Positions 19,347-30,387 of a stretch of DNA of 64,000 bases are shown in pieces (the first letter of the stretch is position 1; each line of letters begins with the position of its first letter). The position numbers and the translations under genes are program-made. The notes below the pieces were generated by a model. The model worked only from the letters and a program-made list of their open reading frames with translations, made no database searches and was not told the DNA's origin. Source of the DNA: an uncultured Verrucomicrobiae bacterium (lineage in GTDB: Bacteria; Verrucomicrobiota; Verrucomicrobiia; Chthoniobacterales; JAFAMB01). The stretch covers positions 3,584,001 through 3,648,000 of the forward strand of contig CAWIPH010000002.1 in the NCBI GenBank assembly GCA_963837955.1, given 5' to 3'.

Positions 19347-20210
19347 TTATCCTTTCACTGCACCGAATGAGAGGCCACGCGCAAGATAACGCTGAACGAA
19401 GAATGACATAATCACCGGAGGCGCTATGGCCAAGATCGTATTGACGGCAGCGAAGTTAAAATCGACTCCCCTCGTACTCCGAGAAGCTAAAATGAATGCG
19501 GGCATGGTAGCCGCGTGCTGGGAAGTAACAGCCGAAGCAAACAATGCCTCGTTCCAGCAAAAAGCGAAAACGATAAAGGCCGTCACGATCAATCCATCCA
19601 GCGAGAGTGGTAAAGCGATCATCCAAAAGATCTGCCAGAGGGAAGCCCCTTCGATCCTCGCTGCCTCCTCGACCTCTTTGCTGACGTCGCGAAAAATATC
19701 ACGCATAATGACCACGCAAAAAGCCAGGTTAAAGGTGGAATAGAGAAGGATGAGTCCTGTCCAGGTATCGATCATGCCAATCTGAGCGAGCATAATGTAA
19801 AAGGGCGTTAACACCACGACGGGCGGTAGCACGCGCTGCGATAAAAACCAGAGCGTGATGTCCTTGCTCTTCATTCTTCCAAATTCAAAGCGAGCAAGAC
19901 TGTAAGCGGCCGGCGTGCCGATCAGGAGAACCAACAAGGTCGTCCCGACGCCAACCAAGGCGCTGCTGAACAAACAGTTAAGAGCCTGTGGATCGCCAAG
20001 CACCTCCTTCCACGCGTCGAGCGTCGGCGTAAACTGCAGGAACGGAATAATCGCTCCTGGTGTAAAGATATCTGCATGCGTTTTGAGGGAGTTGTCGATG
20101 GCCCAGAGGAACGGTACTGCGACCCAAACTGCCGCCAAGCAGGCGATGGCCATGGCCAGAATTTTTGAACCCCATCTTGAATTAGTCCAAAGCAGATTTT
20201 CCATAAGCAA
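19347..20210 (-). CDS. Carbohydrate ABC transporter permease (MalG-like)
   Basis: EAA loop EEAARIEGAS and multiple TM segments. Confidence 0.92.
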   Translation of the reverse strand: MLMENLLWTNSRWGSKILAMAIACLAAVWVAVPFLWAIDNSLKTHADIFTPGAIIPFLQFTPTLDAWKEVLGDPQALNCLFSSALVGVGTTLLVLLIGTPAAYSLARFEFGRMKSKDITLWFLSQRVLPPVVVLTPFYIMLAQIGMIDTWTGLILLYSTFNLAFCVVIMRDIFRDVSKEVEEAARIEGASLWQIFWMIALPLSLDGLIVTAFIVFAFCWNEALFASAVTSQHAATMPAFILASRSTRGVDFNFAAVNTILAIAPPVIMSFFVQRYLARGLSFGAVKG

Positions 20211-20229
20211 TCCGAGTCATTTTTACTTT

Positions 20230-21123
20230 CTATTCGATCCGTCTGCGCATCTGTTTGAAGAAATAGCTAATCACGACAGATGCCAGAATCAGGTAGATGA
20301 TTCCCATCGCCGATCCCCGGCCGAAATCGGTAAACTGAATTGTCGTCAGATCCGCCATGATACTAAAAAGCTGCGTACTCGTTCCGGGACCACCGCTGGT
20401 TAACGCGTAGGGTAACCCAAAAGACTTCAGCCCTTCGATCACCCGCAAAAGAATGGCTATCGTCAGAACCGGCCAAGCTAACGGCACCGCCACATGACGA
20501 AAAACCTGCCAATGGCTGGAAGACTCCAACATCGCCGCGTCGTAGATATCGTTCGGAATAGCAGACAAAGTTGCCAACGACATCAAAAACACGAACGGCG
20601 TCCAAATCCAGATATCTAGGATCATGGCCGCAGCTAGTCCTCCGGACGCAGTAGAAAGCCAATCGATGTGGATTCCGAGGGAGGCTAGGAGCGCACTGAT
20701 CAAACCACCCTGGTCGGTGAAAAGCGTGACGCCGAGATACCCAATCGCAACTTCCATGGTGAACAGCGGCGCGGTAAGTACCGGTCGAAAAAAGCTTTTC
20801 CCCGGTAGCCCGATCGTAATGAGCCAAGCCAGGATAAATCCGCCACAAACTTCAATCGGGACGGTGATCCCGACGAAGAGCACGGTGATGAAGATTGCAT
20901 ACCAAAACCCGCTGTCGGTTAAGAGACGGGCGTAATTGTCGAACCCGACGTAGCTCGTGATCCCTTCACCAAGCACATAGTTGGCGAAACTGTAATGGAC
21001 CGCTGCTAAGATCGGGAAGAAGGTCAGCCCGATGACCCAAATAACCGCCGGAGCGAGCAAGGCGTACTTGAATCCTCGTTCCGCCTTGCTCTGAACTGAT
21101 GCTGTCGCCTCCATCGAACCCAT
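20230..21123 (-). CDS. Carbohydrate ABC transporter permease (MalF-like)
   Basis: VGFDNY, W.WTPF, IYDAAMLE and LTSGGPG motifs. Confidence 0.92.
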   Translation of the reverse strand: MGSMEATASVQSKAERGFKYALLAPAVIWVIGLTFFPILAAVHYSFANYVLGEGITSYVGFDNYARLLTDSGFWYAIFITVLFVGITVPIEVCGGFILAWLITIGLPGKSFFRPVLTAPLFTMEVAIGYLGVTLFTDQGGLISALLASLGIHIDWLSTASGGLAAAMILDIWIWTPFVFLMSLATLSAIPNDIYDAAMLESSSHWQVFRHVAVPLAWPVLTIAILLRVIEGLKSFGLPYALTSGGPGTSTQLFSIMADLTTIQFTDFGRGSAMGIIYLILASVVISYFFKQMRRRIE

Positions 21124-21156
21124 TTTGCGCCTGCCGATTCCTAGCCAGCCAGCTGA

Positions 21157-22836
21157 CTAGGCGAACGATTCCGCGTACAATTTCTTCTGCTTGTCGCGTC
21201 CGTACCGCTCGGTAATTCGCTCCCAGGCCTTAGCGCAGTCATCGAGCGCAGCCTTTGGTTGAGTTTGACCAGCCAAGACAGCAGAGATACGGACGTCTAG
21301 CTCATGCCAATATTCAGCAGCTCCCGGAATGCGCAGGTACGATTCCTGCACCGGCGATGAGAGATTCTTGTAGTAGGCGTCCAGATATCTTTTGGCCTCG
21401 TCCGCATCCCATCCTTGCGCCACCCACTCTTCGACACTGCCAGAGCCAACCGGCGGGAAGTACTCAAACTTCATCCCTGGTTGGACGCCAGTAAATCCAT
21501 GAGTGCAGTTGTATATTGCATTCTTCTTGGTCGCCATAAACGCAAGAAAGTCATAAGTGACTTCCTTTTTCTTGGAGAAGCGCGAGATAACACAATGCCA
21601 GGTCCCGCCGTTGACATTCCCGACCGAGTTTAGGTCGAACTTATCCCATTTACCTTTGATCGGATCGTAAGCCTCGGTTGTTCCTGGAATAGTCGTTGCG
21701 CCAACCTTACCTTGGACCTTCGACTCCTTCGGATCCTGAGCAAAGGTTGGAAGATCGCCCCAGGTCGGTTCCATGACCGCGTGCCCGGACAAGAACAAGG
21801 CCCAGCCCTGACCCAAGGTCCAGCTGATTGCTTCTTTCGGCCCGCACGGCAGAAACTTCACGTAATCTTCCAGAGCGCGGAGATGGCCCTCGGAGTTAAT
21901 CAGGGGCTTGAACGTCTCCGGATGGAACCAGAAGTATTTGTTATTCGGCGAACAGACGTAAGGGGCCGCCAAGGTCAAGAAGTGGAAGAAGCCCTGCTCA
22001 TTGACTTTGGCGTGCAACGCAATTCCCCAATCGTCCTTGCCGTCACCATTCCAATCCCACCCGGTAAAGAAGGTCGCAACATCGAGCATCTCCTTCGACG
22101 TCTTCGGCGGGTTCGGAAAGTCGTAACCTAGCTTATCCTTGAACTTCTGCTGATTCTCCGCCTTGTCGAAAACGTCCCTGCGATAATATAGGATCTGACA
22201 ATCACCATCGAACAAAACTCCGTAGATCTTGCCCTGCCACGTATAAAGACCCTTCATGGCCGGTATCCAGTCGTCCGGGGTCCAGTAAGGATACTTTGGA
22301 TCCTTCAGGAACGGTTCAACCTCGATAATGTAAGGTTCTTTCGGCACAAAAAAGTCGCCATAGAACCAAGCGCCGGTCATGTAGGCATCGTATTTATGCG
22401 TTGTTTGTAGATCCGAGAAGATCTGCTGATGAAGGGTATCAATCGGGACCTCAGCCACATTGACCTTGCCGCCAGTTTCCTCTTCCCATTTCGGCACCCA
22501 GTACTTAAGGCCATCGCCAACCGTGGCTTTCAGAACCATGATATTAATGGTCTGGCCTTTGTAGGGCTTCGTCTTGAGAAACGCGATGCGCTCATTCGTT
22601 ATCGGTGATTCATTCGGATAGTCGGGCGACGAATCGACTAAATTACTATCCGCTGCGTATGCTCGGGAAGTCATTATCCGGCTCAACAAAGCCGCTGATA
22701 TTCCCAGCTTAGCCGCCTGGGCGATGAAATGCCGTCGACTGATTCTGCCTGCTAAAAATCCGGCAGCCAATTCTTGAAAATGCTCTCTCGAGCTGTCTTG
22801 GGACATAGATTTTGCAAACCTAATGATGTTTCCCAA
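21157..22836 (-). CDS. ABC transporter extracellular solute-binding protein with twin-arginine signal
   Basis: ISRRHFIAQAAKLG...AYA Tat-type signal and SBP_bac_1-like body (DGDCQILYYRRD). Start may be at MSQDSS. Confidence 0.88.
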   Translation of the reverse strand: MGNIIRFAKSMSQDSSREHFQELAAGFLAGRISRRHFIAQAAKLGISAALLSRIMTSRAYAADSNLVDSSPDYPNESPITNERIAFLKTKPYKGQTINIMVLKATVGDGLKYWVPKWEEETGGKVNVAEVPIDTLHQQIFSDLQTTHKYDAYMTGAWFYGDFFVPKEPYIIEVEPFLKDPKYPYWTPDDWIPAMKGLYTWQGKIYGVLFDGDCQILYYRRDVFDKAENQQKFKDKLGYDFPNPPKTSKEMLDVATFFTGWDWNGDGKDDWGIALHAKVNEQGFFHFLTLAAPYVCSPNNKYFWFHPETFKPLINSEGHLRALEDYVKFLPCGPKEAISWTLGQGWALFLSGHAVMEPTWGDLPTFAQDPKESKVQGKVGATTIPGTTEAYDPIKGKWDKFDLNSVGNVNGGTWHCVISRFSKKKEVTYDFLAFMATKKNAIYNCTHGFTGVQPGMKFEYFPPVGSGSVEEWVAQGWDADEAKRYLDAYYKNLSSPVQESYLRIPGAAEYWHELDVRISAVLAGQTQPKAALDDCAKAWERITERYGRDKQKKLYAESFA

Positions 22837-23145
22837 AGAACTCTTCCGGTCGATCCAGCGGATCTCGCACAGTCGTTAGATCTGTGCCCCAACGTTATGA
22901 ACATCCGTCGGGCCGAATGGAAAAGTGGAATGGGGGGATTTCTTTAAAGATAGTGAAATAATGTCTCTGTCGTCAAGTAGGGCCAGGCGATTTCCGGAGT
23001 ATTAATACGGGTTTCGAGGCGAAAAGGAGTTCGGAAGTTACAGAATGAAAGCGCAACTGATCTAGGAGAGCCGCGCTTTCGACTGATCAGGATGTGAAAT
23101 CCCTGGATCCTGCCCAAATTCTATGCTCCTAACTGACTCTCTTCT

Positions 23146-23574
23146 CTAGCTAGGCCTATTCGCAAACATCGCCCGGTTCGTTTCGTTGGTCAGGGCCATA
23201 AGGGTGAGAACTCCGAGGACCGTTCCGAACGGGCTGAAGCAGCATTCGACGCACGCCATCACGAAACAAAACCAATAATTCTTTCGGCGACGCAGAGCGA
23301 ATCCCGCGGCCAGGACACTGCTCGCAAAAAGGAACCCAGCAACCATGAATGCCAGGCCCATCACGATAAACAAAACGCCAATGATTTCCACAGAGCCAGC
23401 CGAGTTTTTCGGTGGAGCAACCAGCATGGAAAATCCCACCGCTACGTGAATAATCGGAAAACAGGAGAAAAGATACGAGAGCCCACCAAGCGCAAAATGG
23501 GCGATTGCGAGAGCGTCCACGTACTTTTCGCCTTCAGGAAATTTGGATGGCAGTGGCGGTAAGTTCTGCGTCAC
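23146..23574 (-). CDS. Hypothetical membrane protein
   Basis: Three hydrophobic segments and a PFGTVLGV motif. Confidence 0.65.
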   Translation of the reverse strand: MTQNLPPLPSKFPEGEKYVDALAIAHFALGGLSYLFSCFPIIHVAVGFSMLVAPPKNSAGSVEIIGVLFIVMGLAFMVAGFLFASSVLAAGFALRRRKNYWFCFVMACVECCFSPFGTVLGVLTLMALTNETNRAMFANRPS

Positions 23575-23772
23575 GGAGTATAGAGGAGTACGAGAAATAC
23601 CGGAAGTTCACGAGTCCGAAAATCGCTTTGAGAGACAGGAATGTGACTCTAATTCGGGTTCCTTGGCCGTACAGATCGGCGAAATCGCGTTTATTCTACA
23701 ACTTCTGAACCCTCTCCCTTGTACTTTTCCTACTTCTTGAGTTCCCTCCCTTTTGTTCCAAATTACCCTTCG

Positions 23773-24288
23773 ATGAGCAAGCTGCTTAAGTATCTCACTT
23801 TCTGCGTCGCCCTTGTTGCCTGCGGTGTTGCGTATGGAGGGAGCGCGGAATCAAACGTCCGTATCGAGTTTATAAGACCAGAGAACTACACAGACGTATC
23901 CTTTCGCTCGATGACTCCAGCCAGCGCCCGTGAACGGTTGATCCGCGAATTGTCGCGTACGATTCAGGACGCAGGGACCAAATCTCTGGCTGGATACCAA
24001 CTCGATGTCCGGATCTTGGACGTCCACATGGCCGGGCGGGAAGCGTTTGAGGCACCCGGAATCAATTCCGATTTACGGATTCGTAACCGGACGACCCCAC
24101 CCAAGGTTTCGCTCGAATTTCAGGTGAAGGATCGTTCCGGGAAGGTAGTGGCTAAAGGCTCAGAAAAGTTAATCGATCCGAACTACCAATGGAACGTCAG
24201 TTATCAAGGTACTGACGAGCTGTATTCCGAAAAGTATCTACTTCGCACCTGGATCAGCAGTTTACCGCAGAAGATCCATCGAACATAA
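23773..24288 (+). CDS. DUF3016-like exported protein
   Basis: Signal peptide, F..PENYTD, ILDVHMAG, E.L.D..Y and EK.LL..W motifs. Confidence 0.75.
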   Translation: MSKLLKYLTFCVALVACGVAYGGSAESNVRIEFIRPENYTDVSFRSMTPASARERLIRELSRTIQDAGTKSLAGYQLDVRILDVHMAGREAFEAPGINSDLRIRNRTTPPKVSLEFQVKDRSGKVVAKGSEKLIDPNYQWNVSYQGTDELYSEKYLLRTWISSLPQKIHRT

Positions 24289-24349
24289 GGCGCGAGCTAG
24301 CCGGAGATGGGCAGGGTCCCGCGCTTGTCGGACCGAACTTGCTTTTAGG

Positions 24350-24496
24350 TCAAGGGACGCTCTCCCGACATTGGTAAGCCTTCTTGGCGGGCGAACCAAG
24401 AAATACCACGATAGCCGGGCCCACGGAGGACGTACGTTCAGGTTCCTGACCGCTGCCTACCCCATTGCGGATTCGCCCAAAGGAGAAACCAAATGA
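24350..24496 (+). pseudogene. 3' remnant of an ArsR/HTH regulator of the type normally upstream of SRPBCC genes
   Basis: The frame reads ...LPTL...KKYHDSRAHGGRTFRFLTAAYP...* and its TGA overlaps the SRPBCC ATG (ATGA). No start codon or HTH remains. Confidence 0.55.
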
Positions 24497-25266
24497 AACC
24501 AAAGCAAGAAACCCGACAACATGAAACGATAACTGAAATCCACGCAGGGGTGGACCAAGTCTGGAAAGCAATCACGGATGCCTCTCAAGTTCAGATCTGG
24601 TACGCGCCAGAGGCCAGGATCGATCTGCGGACGGGCGGCGAATACTTTGTTTCCTGGGGCGAAGGGGCCGGTGCAACCGGACAAATCGAAGTGCTCGAAC
24701 CACCGAAGCATTTGCGGGTCGTCGCGGAGCGCGACTCGACCATGAACACTGAGGAACCGGAAAAAAGCATAAAGACCTCACCCGTCCGGGTTGCCATCGA
24801 TTTCTATCTCGAATCGCATAGCGACACGACGGTGTTACGGCTTGTGCACTCCGGCTTTCTTCCTTCGACTGACTGGGATGCAGAATATCATGGTACGCGC
24901 AAGGGTTGGCCAATCATGTTGCGGATTCTGCGGTACAGCTTGGAGCATTTCGGGGGCGCCCCGGGACGCCAAAGTTGGCTCTACACCGCTTCTACTGTTC
25001 CCCTGAACGACGCGTGGGAAGCCTTCACCCAATCCATTGCGTCGGAGGCAATTAAATTCGTGGTACCTCGCGAAGAAATTTGTGCCACTTGGGCGGAAAT
25101 GGGAGACGGATTGGTTTACGCGTCATTTGGGGAGAACGGCGGCCGAACAGGGATTAATCTCTTTGTCGTTCTATACAATGAAGCAACCCCGCGAATCGGA
25201 GAAGCCGCTGCTTATTGGCGAGGTCGCTTGGCAACGATTTTCCCAGACACTTCGATCGAGCAATAG
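24493..25266 (+). CDS. SRPBCC (AHSA1/START-like) domain protein
   Basis: VWKAITD, IDLRTGG, EPPKHL, TVLRLVHSGF and GW motifs. GGAG SD upstream. Confidence 0.85.
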   Translation: MKPKQETRQHETITEIHAGVDQVWKAITDASQVQIWYAPEARIDLRTGGEYFVSWGEGAGATGQIEVLEPPKHLRVVAERDSTMNTEEPEKSIKTSPVRVAIDFYLESHSDTTVLRLVHSGFLPSTDWDAEYHGTRKGWPIMLRILRYSLEHFGGAPGRQSWLYTASTVPLNDAWEAFTQSIASEAIKFVVPREEICATWAEMGDGLVYASFGENGGRTGINLFVVLYNEATPRIGEAAAYWRGRLATIFPDTSIEQ

Positions 25267-25283
25267 CTTTCGTCCTCGCCCGC

Positions 25284-25498
25284 CCTGGCTCAAATAAATT
25301 TCGCCCTAGCGGCGCTGGATCAACGCCCACGATCGGTAGGGCGAACGCTTTTGCGTGAGCCACTCAGGGTTTCCGCCTCAAATAAACTTTCGCCCTACCA
25401 ACGCTGGATCAACGCCTACGATCGGCAGGGCGAACGCTTTTGCGTGAGCCGCTCAAGGGGTTCCCGGCTCAAATAAATTTTCGCCCTACCGGCGCTGG
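25284..25498. repeat. Tandem GTAG-type REP cluster (about 2.5 units of about 89 bp)
   Basis: Unit ggtagggcgaacgcttttgcgtgagcc...ggctcaaataaattttcgccctacc-ggcgctggatcaacgcccacgatc, between convergent genes. Confidence 0.88.
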
Positions 25499-25519
25499 GC
25501 TAGCTACGAGGACGAAATT

Positions 25520-26575
25520 CTAAATAGCTTCGGCGATTGCCCGGCCAACCTGCTCGGTCGTGGCCTCACCACCAATATCGCGCGTTCGCGGGCCCTGACT
25601 AAGAACGGCTTCAATCGCGTTTAGAACCGCAGCCCCTGCTTCAGGATGACCTAGATGATCGAGCATCATGGCGCCGCTCCAGATCTGGCCGATCGGATTG
25701 GCGATTCCTTTGCCGGCGATGTCCGGCGCAGAACCGTGAACCGGTTCGAACATCGACGGAAATTCTCGTTCCGGATTCAGGTTAGCCGAAGGCGCGATGC
25801 CGATGGTACCGGTAACCGCTGGTCCAAGATCGCTCAAGATGTCGCCGAATAGATTGGAACCAACAACCACATCGAACCAGTCCGGGTGGCTGACGAAGTG
25901 TGCAGTGAGAATGTCAATGTGATATTGATCCACGCGAATCTCAGGATAATCGGATGAAACCGCCTTCACCCGTTCATCCCAAAACGGCATGGTCACCGTA
26001 ATGCCGTTGCTCTTTGTGGCAGAGGTCAGGTGCTTTTTCGGTCTCTTCTTGGCCAGCTCGAATGCGGAGCGCAGAATGCGATCGACACCACGTCGGGTAA
26101 AAATCGACTGCTGCGTCACGATCTCGTCCTCGGTCCCTTCGTAAATGCGTCCACCAACCGATGAGTACTCGCCTTCGTTATTCTCGCGTACGATCAGAAA
26201 ATCAATGTCGCCCGGTAGGCGGTTCTTCAGCGGGGATTCAATGCCGGGCATCAATCGAACCGGGCGCAGGTTAGCATACTGGCGGAAATGACGCCGAATC
26301 GGAATGAGTAAACCCCACAGGGACACATGATCTGGTACCGGAGGAAAACCGACCGCTCCCAGAAAAATCGCATCGTGATGGCGGATCTGGTCCAGCCCGT
26401 CTGCAGGCATCATCCTTCCCGTCTTCTGATAGAACTCACAACTCCAGGGCAGATGATCCCACTCGAACTCGATGCCGAACTTGCGGCCCGCCGCGTTTAG
26501 AACACGGATACCTTCCGGAACAACTTCCTGACCGATACCGTCCCCCGGAATGGTTGCGATGTGATAACTCTTCAT
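25520..26575 (-). CDS. Tartrate dehydrogenase / decarboxylating D-malate dehydrogenase (DmlA/TtuC family)
   Basis: IPGDGIG.EV, DHVSLWGLL, RENNEGEYS, TSATKSNG, SNLFGDILSDL and SMFEPVHGSAPDIAG. Confidence 0.92.
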   Translation of the reverse strand: MKSYHIATIPGDGIGQEVVPEGIRVLNAAGRKFGIEFEWDHLPWSCEFYQKTGRMMPADGLDQIRHHDAIFLGAVGFPPVPDHVSLWGLLIPIRRHFRQYANLRPVRLMPGIESPLKNRLPGDIDFLIVRENNEGEYSSVGGRIYEGTEDEIVTQQSIFTRRGVDRILRSAFELAKKRPKKHLTSATKSNGITVTMPFWDERVKAVSSDYPEIRVDQYHIDILTAHFVSHPDWFDVVVGSNLFGDILSDLGPAVTGTIGIAPSANLNPEREFPSMFEPVHGSAPDIAGKGIANPIGQIWSGAMMLDHLGHPEAGAAVLNAIEAVLSQGPRTRDIGGEATTEQVGRAIAEAI

Positions 26576-26664
26576 TGGTCTGCGAACCTCGTTTTACAAT
26601 CCACGACTTGCAACGGTCGCCCCGGATTCGAAGGAGCCAAGGTTGGGAGAGGCGTTGCTTGCAA

Positions 26665-27921
26665 CTATTCCTGATGAAGCCGATCCGGGTGGCTCAGTGC
26701 ATCGGAGCGTAAAGGGACCATTTTTTGGTTTCCCAGCCGAGCCAAGAAGAATGCCAGTGGATTGAGAGCAATAGAAATCAGAGCACCAGCCACAATCAAG
26801 CTTTGCCCTTTTTGCGGTAGAAGATGAAGGCGAGTTCCTAAGCTAGCCAGAATAAAGGAGAATTCGCCGATTTGGGACAGGCTCGCCCCAATGGTGAGAG
26901 CCGTCCCAAGCGGGTAACGGAGAGCGAGCACGAGTCCGACGGATACCAAAGACTTTCCCAATACGATAACGGCGACTATCGCGAATATATGCAGCGGCTC
27001 CCTAACAAGGATGGCAGGATTGAAAAGCATTCCGACTGCTACAAAGAAGAGCACCGCAAAAGCGCTCTGCAGAGGACGTAGCTCGCGAGCGACACGCTGA
27101 CTCAGGTCCGACTCGCTGATCACCACGCCGGCAAAAAAGGCGCCTAGCGCAAACGACACTTCGAAAATCTCAGCCGAACCGTAGGCCACACCCAGAGCAA
27201 TGGCTGCTACGGAAAGAAGAAATAGCTCTTCCGAGCCGGAGTGGTCGACTAGCTTCAATAACCACGGGAACACTCGTTTCCCGGCTAGGAGCATCAACCC
27301 AACGAATAGTGCGATCTTCCCGAGTCTTAGCGCGAGCGTGAAGATCAGGTTATTGCCACCCGCACCTAGGTCGTTGTCTTGATGCACGCCACCGCCAAGG
27401 GCATTGGCAAAGAAAGGGAGCACCACGAGAACCACTACCATGACTAAGTCCTCGACTACCAGCCAACCCACGGCGATGCGGCTGGTATCCGAATTGGCCG
27501 TTCCCTGTGCCTCCTGGGCTCGCAAGAGTACGACCGTACTTGCAACGGAAAGCGAAAGCCCAAGTACCAACCCTGCGCCAAGATTCCAGTGCCAGAGAAA
27601 AGCCAAAACTATCCCCATTCCGGTGGTTACCGCCATCTGCAGAATGGCGCCGGGCAGAGCGATAGCCCGGACGGCGATAAGGTCACGCACCGAAAAGTGC
27701 ATCCCGACACCGAACATGAGGAGAATCACCCCTATTTCGGCTAACTGCGGCGCGAGATGAACGTCCGCAACAAAGCCCGGGGTAAACGGCCCCACCAATA
27801 TGCCGGCGACAAGATATCCAACCAGAGGAGGCAAACGGAGGCGCGCAGCTATCAGGCCGCCGAACAAGGCGTATACTAAGCCAACGGCGAGCGTGGAGAT
27901 GAGCGGAAGTGCGTGGGGCAT
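26665..27921 (-). CDS. CPA2 cation:proton antiporter, YbaL/RosB-like (no C-terminal RCK domain)
   Basis: GPFTPGFVAD, LAEIGVILLMFGVG.HFS, VEDL and QIGEFSFIL. Confidence 0.88.
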   Translation of the reverse strand: MPHALPLISTLAVGLVYALFGGLIAARLRLPPLVGYLVAGILVGPFTPGFVADVHLAPQLAEIGVILLMFGVGMHFSVRDLIAVRAIALPGAILQMAVTTGMGIVLAFLWHWNLGAGLVLGLSLSVASTVVLLRAQEAQGTANSDTSRIAVGWLVVEDLVMVVVLVVLPFFANALGGGVHQDNDLGAGGNNLIFTLALRLGKIALFVGLMLLAGKRVFPWLLKLVDHSGSEELFLLSVAAIALGVAYGSAEIFEVSFALGAFFAGVVISESDLSQRVARELRPLQSAFAVLFFVAVGMLFNPAILVREPLHIFAIVAVIVLGKSLVSVGLVLALRYPLGTALTIGASLSQIGEFSFILASLGTRLHLLPQKGQSLIVAGALISIALNPLAFFLARLGNQKMVPLRSDALSHPDRLHQE

Positions 27922-28037
27922 CGGGCTTAGAGGCGATCTACAGGATCGGCAAATTTGCGTGGAATGGGATGAATTCCTGCTTGGCTATGACCCAGTTACT
28001 ATTTATTTGTTCGGCTTCGGGCAACTGCATTACGCAA

Positions 28038-30377
28038 CTATTTTAGCGCGGATCGCAGTCGGAGAGCGTTGCTCACCACAGACAAAGAGCTAAAGCTCAT
28101 TGCTGCGCCCGCAATCATCGGACTCAGGAGAAGTCCAAAGAACGGATAGAGGATCCCCGCCGCAATCGGAACGCCGAGCAGATTATAGATAAAGGCGAAG
28201 AATAGATTTTGCCGGATATTGCGCATGACCGCTTTGCTCAACTGCAGAGCCTTTGCGATGCCTCTCAAGTCTCCTTTTACGATGGTTAATCCGGCGCTTT
28301 GGATCGCCACATCCGCTCCAGTTCCCATCGCAATACCGACATCGGCCGCTGCCAGGGCCGGCGCGTCGTTAATACCATCACCGGCCATGGCCACCTTCGC
28401 TCCTCGTGCTCTGAGTTCTTGAACAAGTCGCAGTTTGTCTTCCGGCCGTAGACCGGCCCTAACCTCATCAATTCGAAGTTCTTCGGCGACAACTTTCGCT
28501 GTCTGTGGGTTATCTCCGGTCGCCATTACCACTTTGATGCCCATCGCATGGAGCTGCTGAATGGCAGCTGGCGTTGTGTCCTTTATTGGATCGGCTATTC
28601 CGATGACTCCGACGGCAACACCATCGATCGCGACCCAGACGAAACTTCGCGCCTGCGCGCTTAGCTGGTTAGCCCGATCAGTCAGTTCTTTCGATCCAGT
28701 GACATCGTTCTGCTGCATGAATGCCTGGTTGCCGACCAGGACCTTCTTACCATCTATTTTTGCCTGAAGACCGGCACCGGTTATCGAGAGGAAGTCTTCC
28801 ACTTTTCTCTGAGGTATACCTCTTTTGTTGGCCTCAGAAACCACAGCTCTAGCCAACGGATGTTCGCTTTGAGATTCCGCTGATGCCGCGACCGCAAGCA
28901 GACTATTTTCGTCTAGTCCCGCACCTGGAACAATGTCGGTGACTGTCGGCCGGCCTGCAGTCAATGTGCCGGTCTTGTCAACAATAAGATGGGTAACCTT
29001 TTCGGCGATTTCGATAGCTTCGGCGTTCCGGACGAGAATGCCTAGCTGCGCACCGCGACCGACCCCGACCATGATTGACATTGGTGTCGCGAGACCTAGC
29101 GCACATGGGCAAGCAATGATCAATACGGCTACCGCATTCACTACTGCGTAGGCCAGCGAAGGTGGAGGGCCCCAAACGGCCCAAGCCGCTGCGGTAAGCA
29201 ACGCAACGAGGACAACAGCAGGCACGAACAGGCCAGAGACTCGATCGGCGACCCTTTGAATGGGTGCCCGGCTGCGCTGCGCTTCCGCAACCATGTGGAC
29301 AATCTGAGAGAGCACGGTCTCCGATCCAACTTTCTCGACCCGCATCACAAAGCTGCCGGTTTGGTTTACGGTTGCACCGATCACCCGTTCGCCCGCCTCT
29401 TTTTCAACAGGCATCGGCTCTCCTGTTATCATTGATTCGTCGATTAAGCTGGATCCTTCCTCTATTACTCCATCGGTAGGAATCTTCTCACCAGGCCGCA
29501 CTCGAACGAGATCTCCCGGTTGCAGGGCATCAACCGGGGTTTCTTCCTCTTCCCCTTTAGCATTCAACCGGTGGGCCGACTTGGCGGCGAGCCCCAAAAG
29601 AGATTGAATGGCTTTGCCGGTTTGACTCCGGGCCCGCCCCTCAAGCCATTGACCAAACAGAACGAGGACCGTGATAACAGCCGCAGATTCGAAGTAGAGA
29701 TCTATCTCTCCGTCATGCTTGAATGAGTCGGGAAACAGGTCCGGAAAAATAGTAGCAATCGCGCTGTAAAGGTATGCTGTGCCAACACCAATCCCAATCA
29801 AGGTGAACATGTTCGGACTTCGATTGACGAGGGAACGCCACGCGCGCACAAAGAAAATGCCGCCACACCAAAAGACGATGATAGTCGCCAGAACCAGTTG
29901 AATCCACTGGTTGATCCTCGGTGGCACCAGTTGATCCACGTTCAAACCCGGGACCATTTTGCCAACTGCCAGGAAAAGCAGCGGCATCACTAATATCAGA
30001 CTCAGCCAGAACTTTGCCGCAAGAGATCGGACTTCCCTATCCTCTTCCTGCTCGTCACCAATGCCGCTCTTTGGCTCAAGCGGCATTCCGCAAATTGGAC
30101 AATCACCCGGACGATCTCGCTCGATCTCAGGATGCATTGGACAGGTGTAGATGGTTTTGCGGGCCGGCGAACGATAAGCGGGGTTAGGTTCCAGTCGCAT
30201 GCCACACTTGGGGCAGTCTCCGGGTTCATCCGACTCGACTCCTGGGCACATCGCACAGAAATACGCCTTGCGTGGACTATGCGCCGGATGATCTGTGTGC
30301 ATACTCTGATGAACTTCGTGATCCTGGCGACGGCGTCCGTCCCGCTGACAGTCATGGGAATCCTTTGGGACCGCCAT
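28038..30377 (-). CDS. copA: Cu(I)-translocating P1B-type ATPase with two N-terminal heavy-metal-binding (CPMHP-type) motifs
   Basis: [32 protein letters not shown] and YN...MSFSS. AGGAGG SD before ATG 30377. Confidence 0.93.
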   Translation of the reverse strand: MAVPKDSHDCQRDGRRRQDHEVHQSMHTDHPAHSPRKAYFCAMCPGVESDEPGDCPKCGMRLEPNPAYRSPARKTIYTCPMHPEIERDRPGDCPICGMPLEPKSGIGDEQEEDREVRSLAAKFWLSLILVMPLLFLAVGKMVPGLNVDQLVPPRINQWIQLVLATIIVFWCGGIFFVRAWRSLVNRSPNMFTLIGIGVGTAYLYSAIATIFPDLFPDSFKHDGEIDLYFESAAVITVLVLFGQWLEGRARSQTGKAIQSLLGLAAKSAHRLNAKGEEEETPVDALQPGDLVRVRPGEKIPTDGVIEEGSSLIDESMITGEPMPVEKEAGERVIGATVNQTGSFVMRVEKVGSETVLSQIVHMVAEAQRSRAPIQRVADRVSGLFVPAVVLVALLTAAAWAVWGPPPSLAYAVVNAVAVLIIACPCALGLATPMSIMVGVGRGAQLGILVRNAEAIEIAEKVTHLIVDKTGTLTAGRPTVTDIVPGAGLDENSLLAVAASAESQSEHPLARAVVSEANKRGIPQRKVEDFLSITGAGLQAKIDGKKVLVGNQAFMQQNDVTGSKELTDRANQLSAQARSFVWVAIDGVAVGVIGIADPIKDTTPAAIQQLHAMGIKVVMATGDNPQTAKVVAEELRIDEVRAGLRPEDKLRLVQELRARGAKVAMAGDGINDAPALAAADVGIAMGTGADVAIQSAGLTIVKGDLRGIAKALQLSKAVMRNIRQNLFFAFIYNLLGVPIAAGILYPFFGLLLSPMIAGAAMSFSSLSVVSNALRLRSALK

Positions 30378-30387
30378 AATCTCCTCC

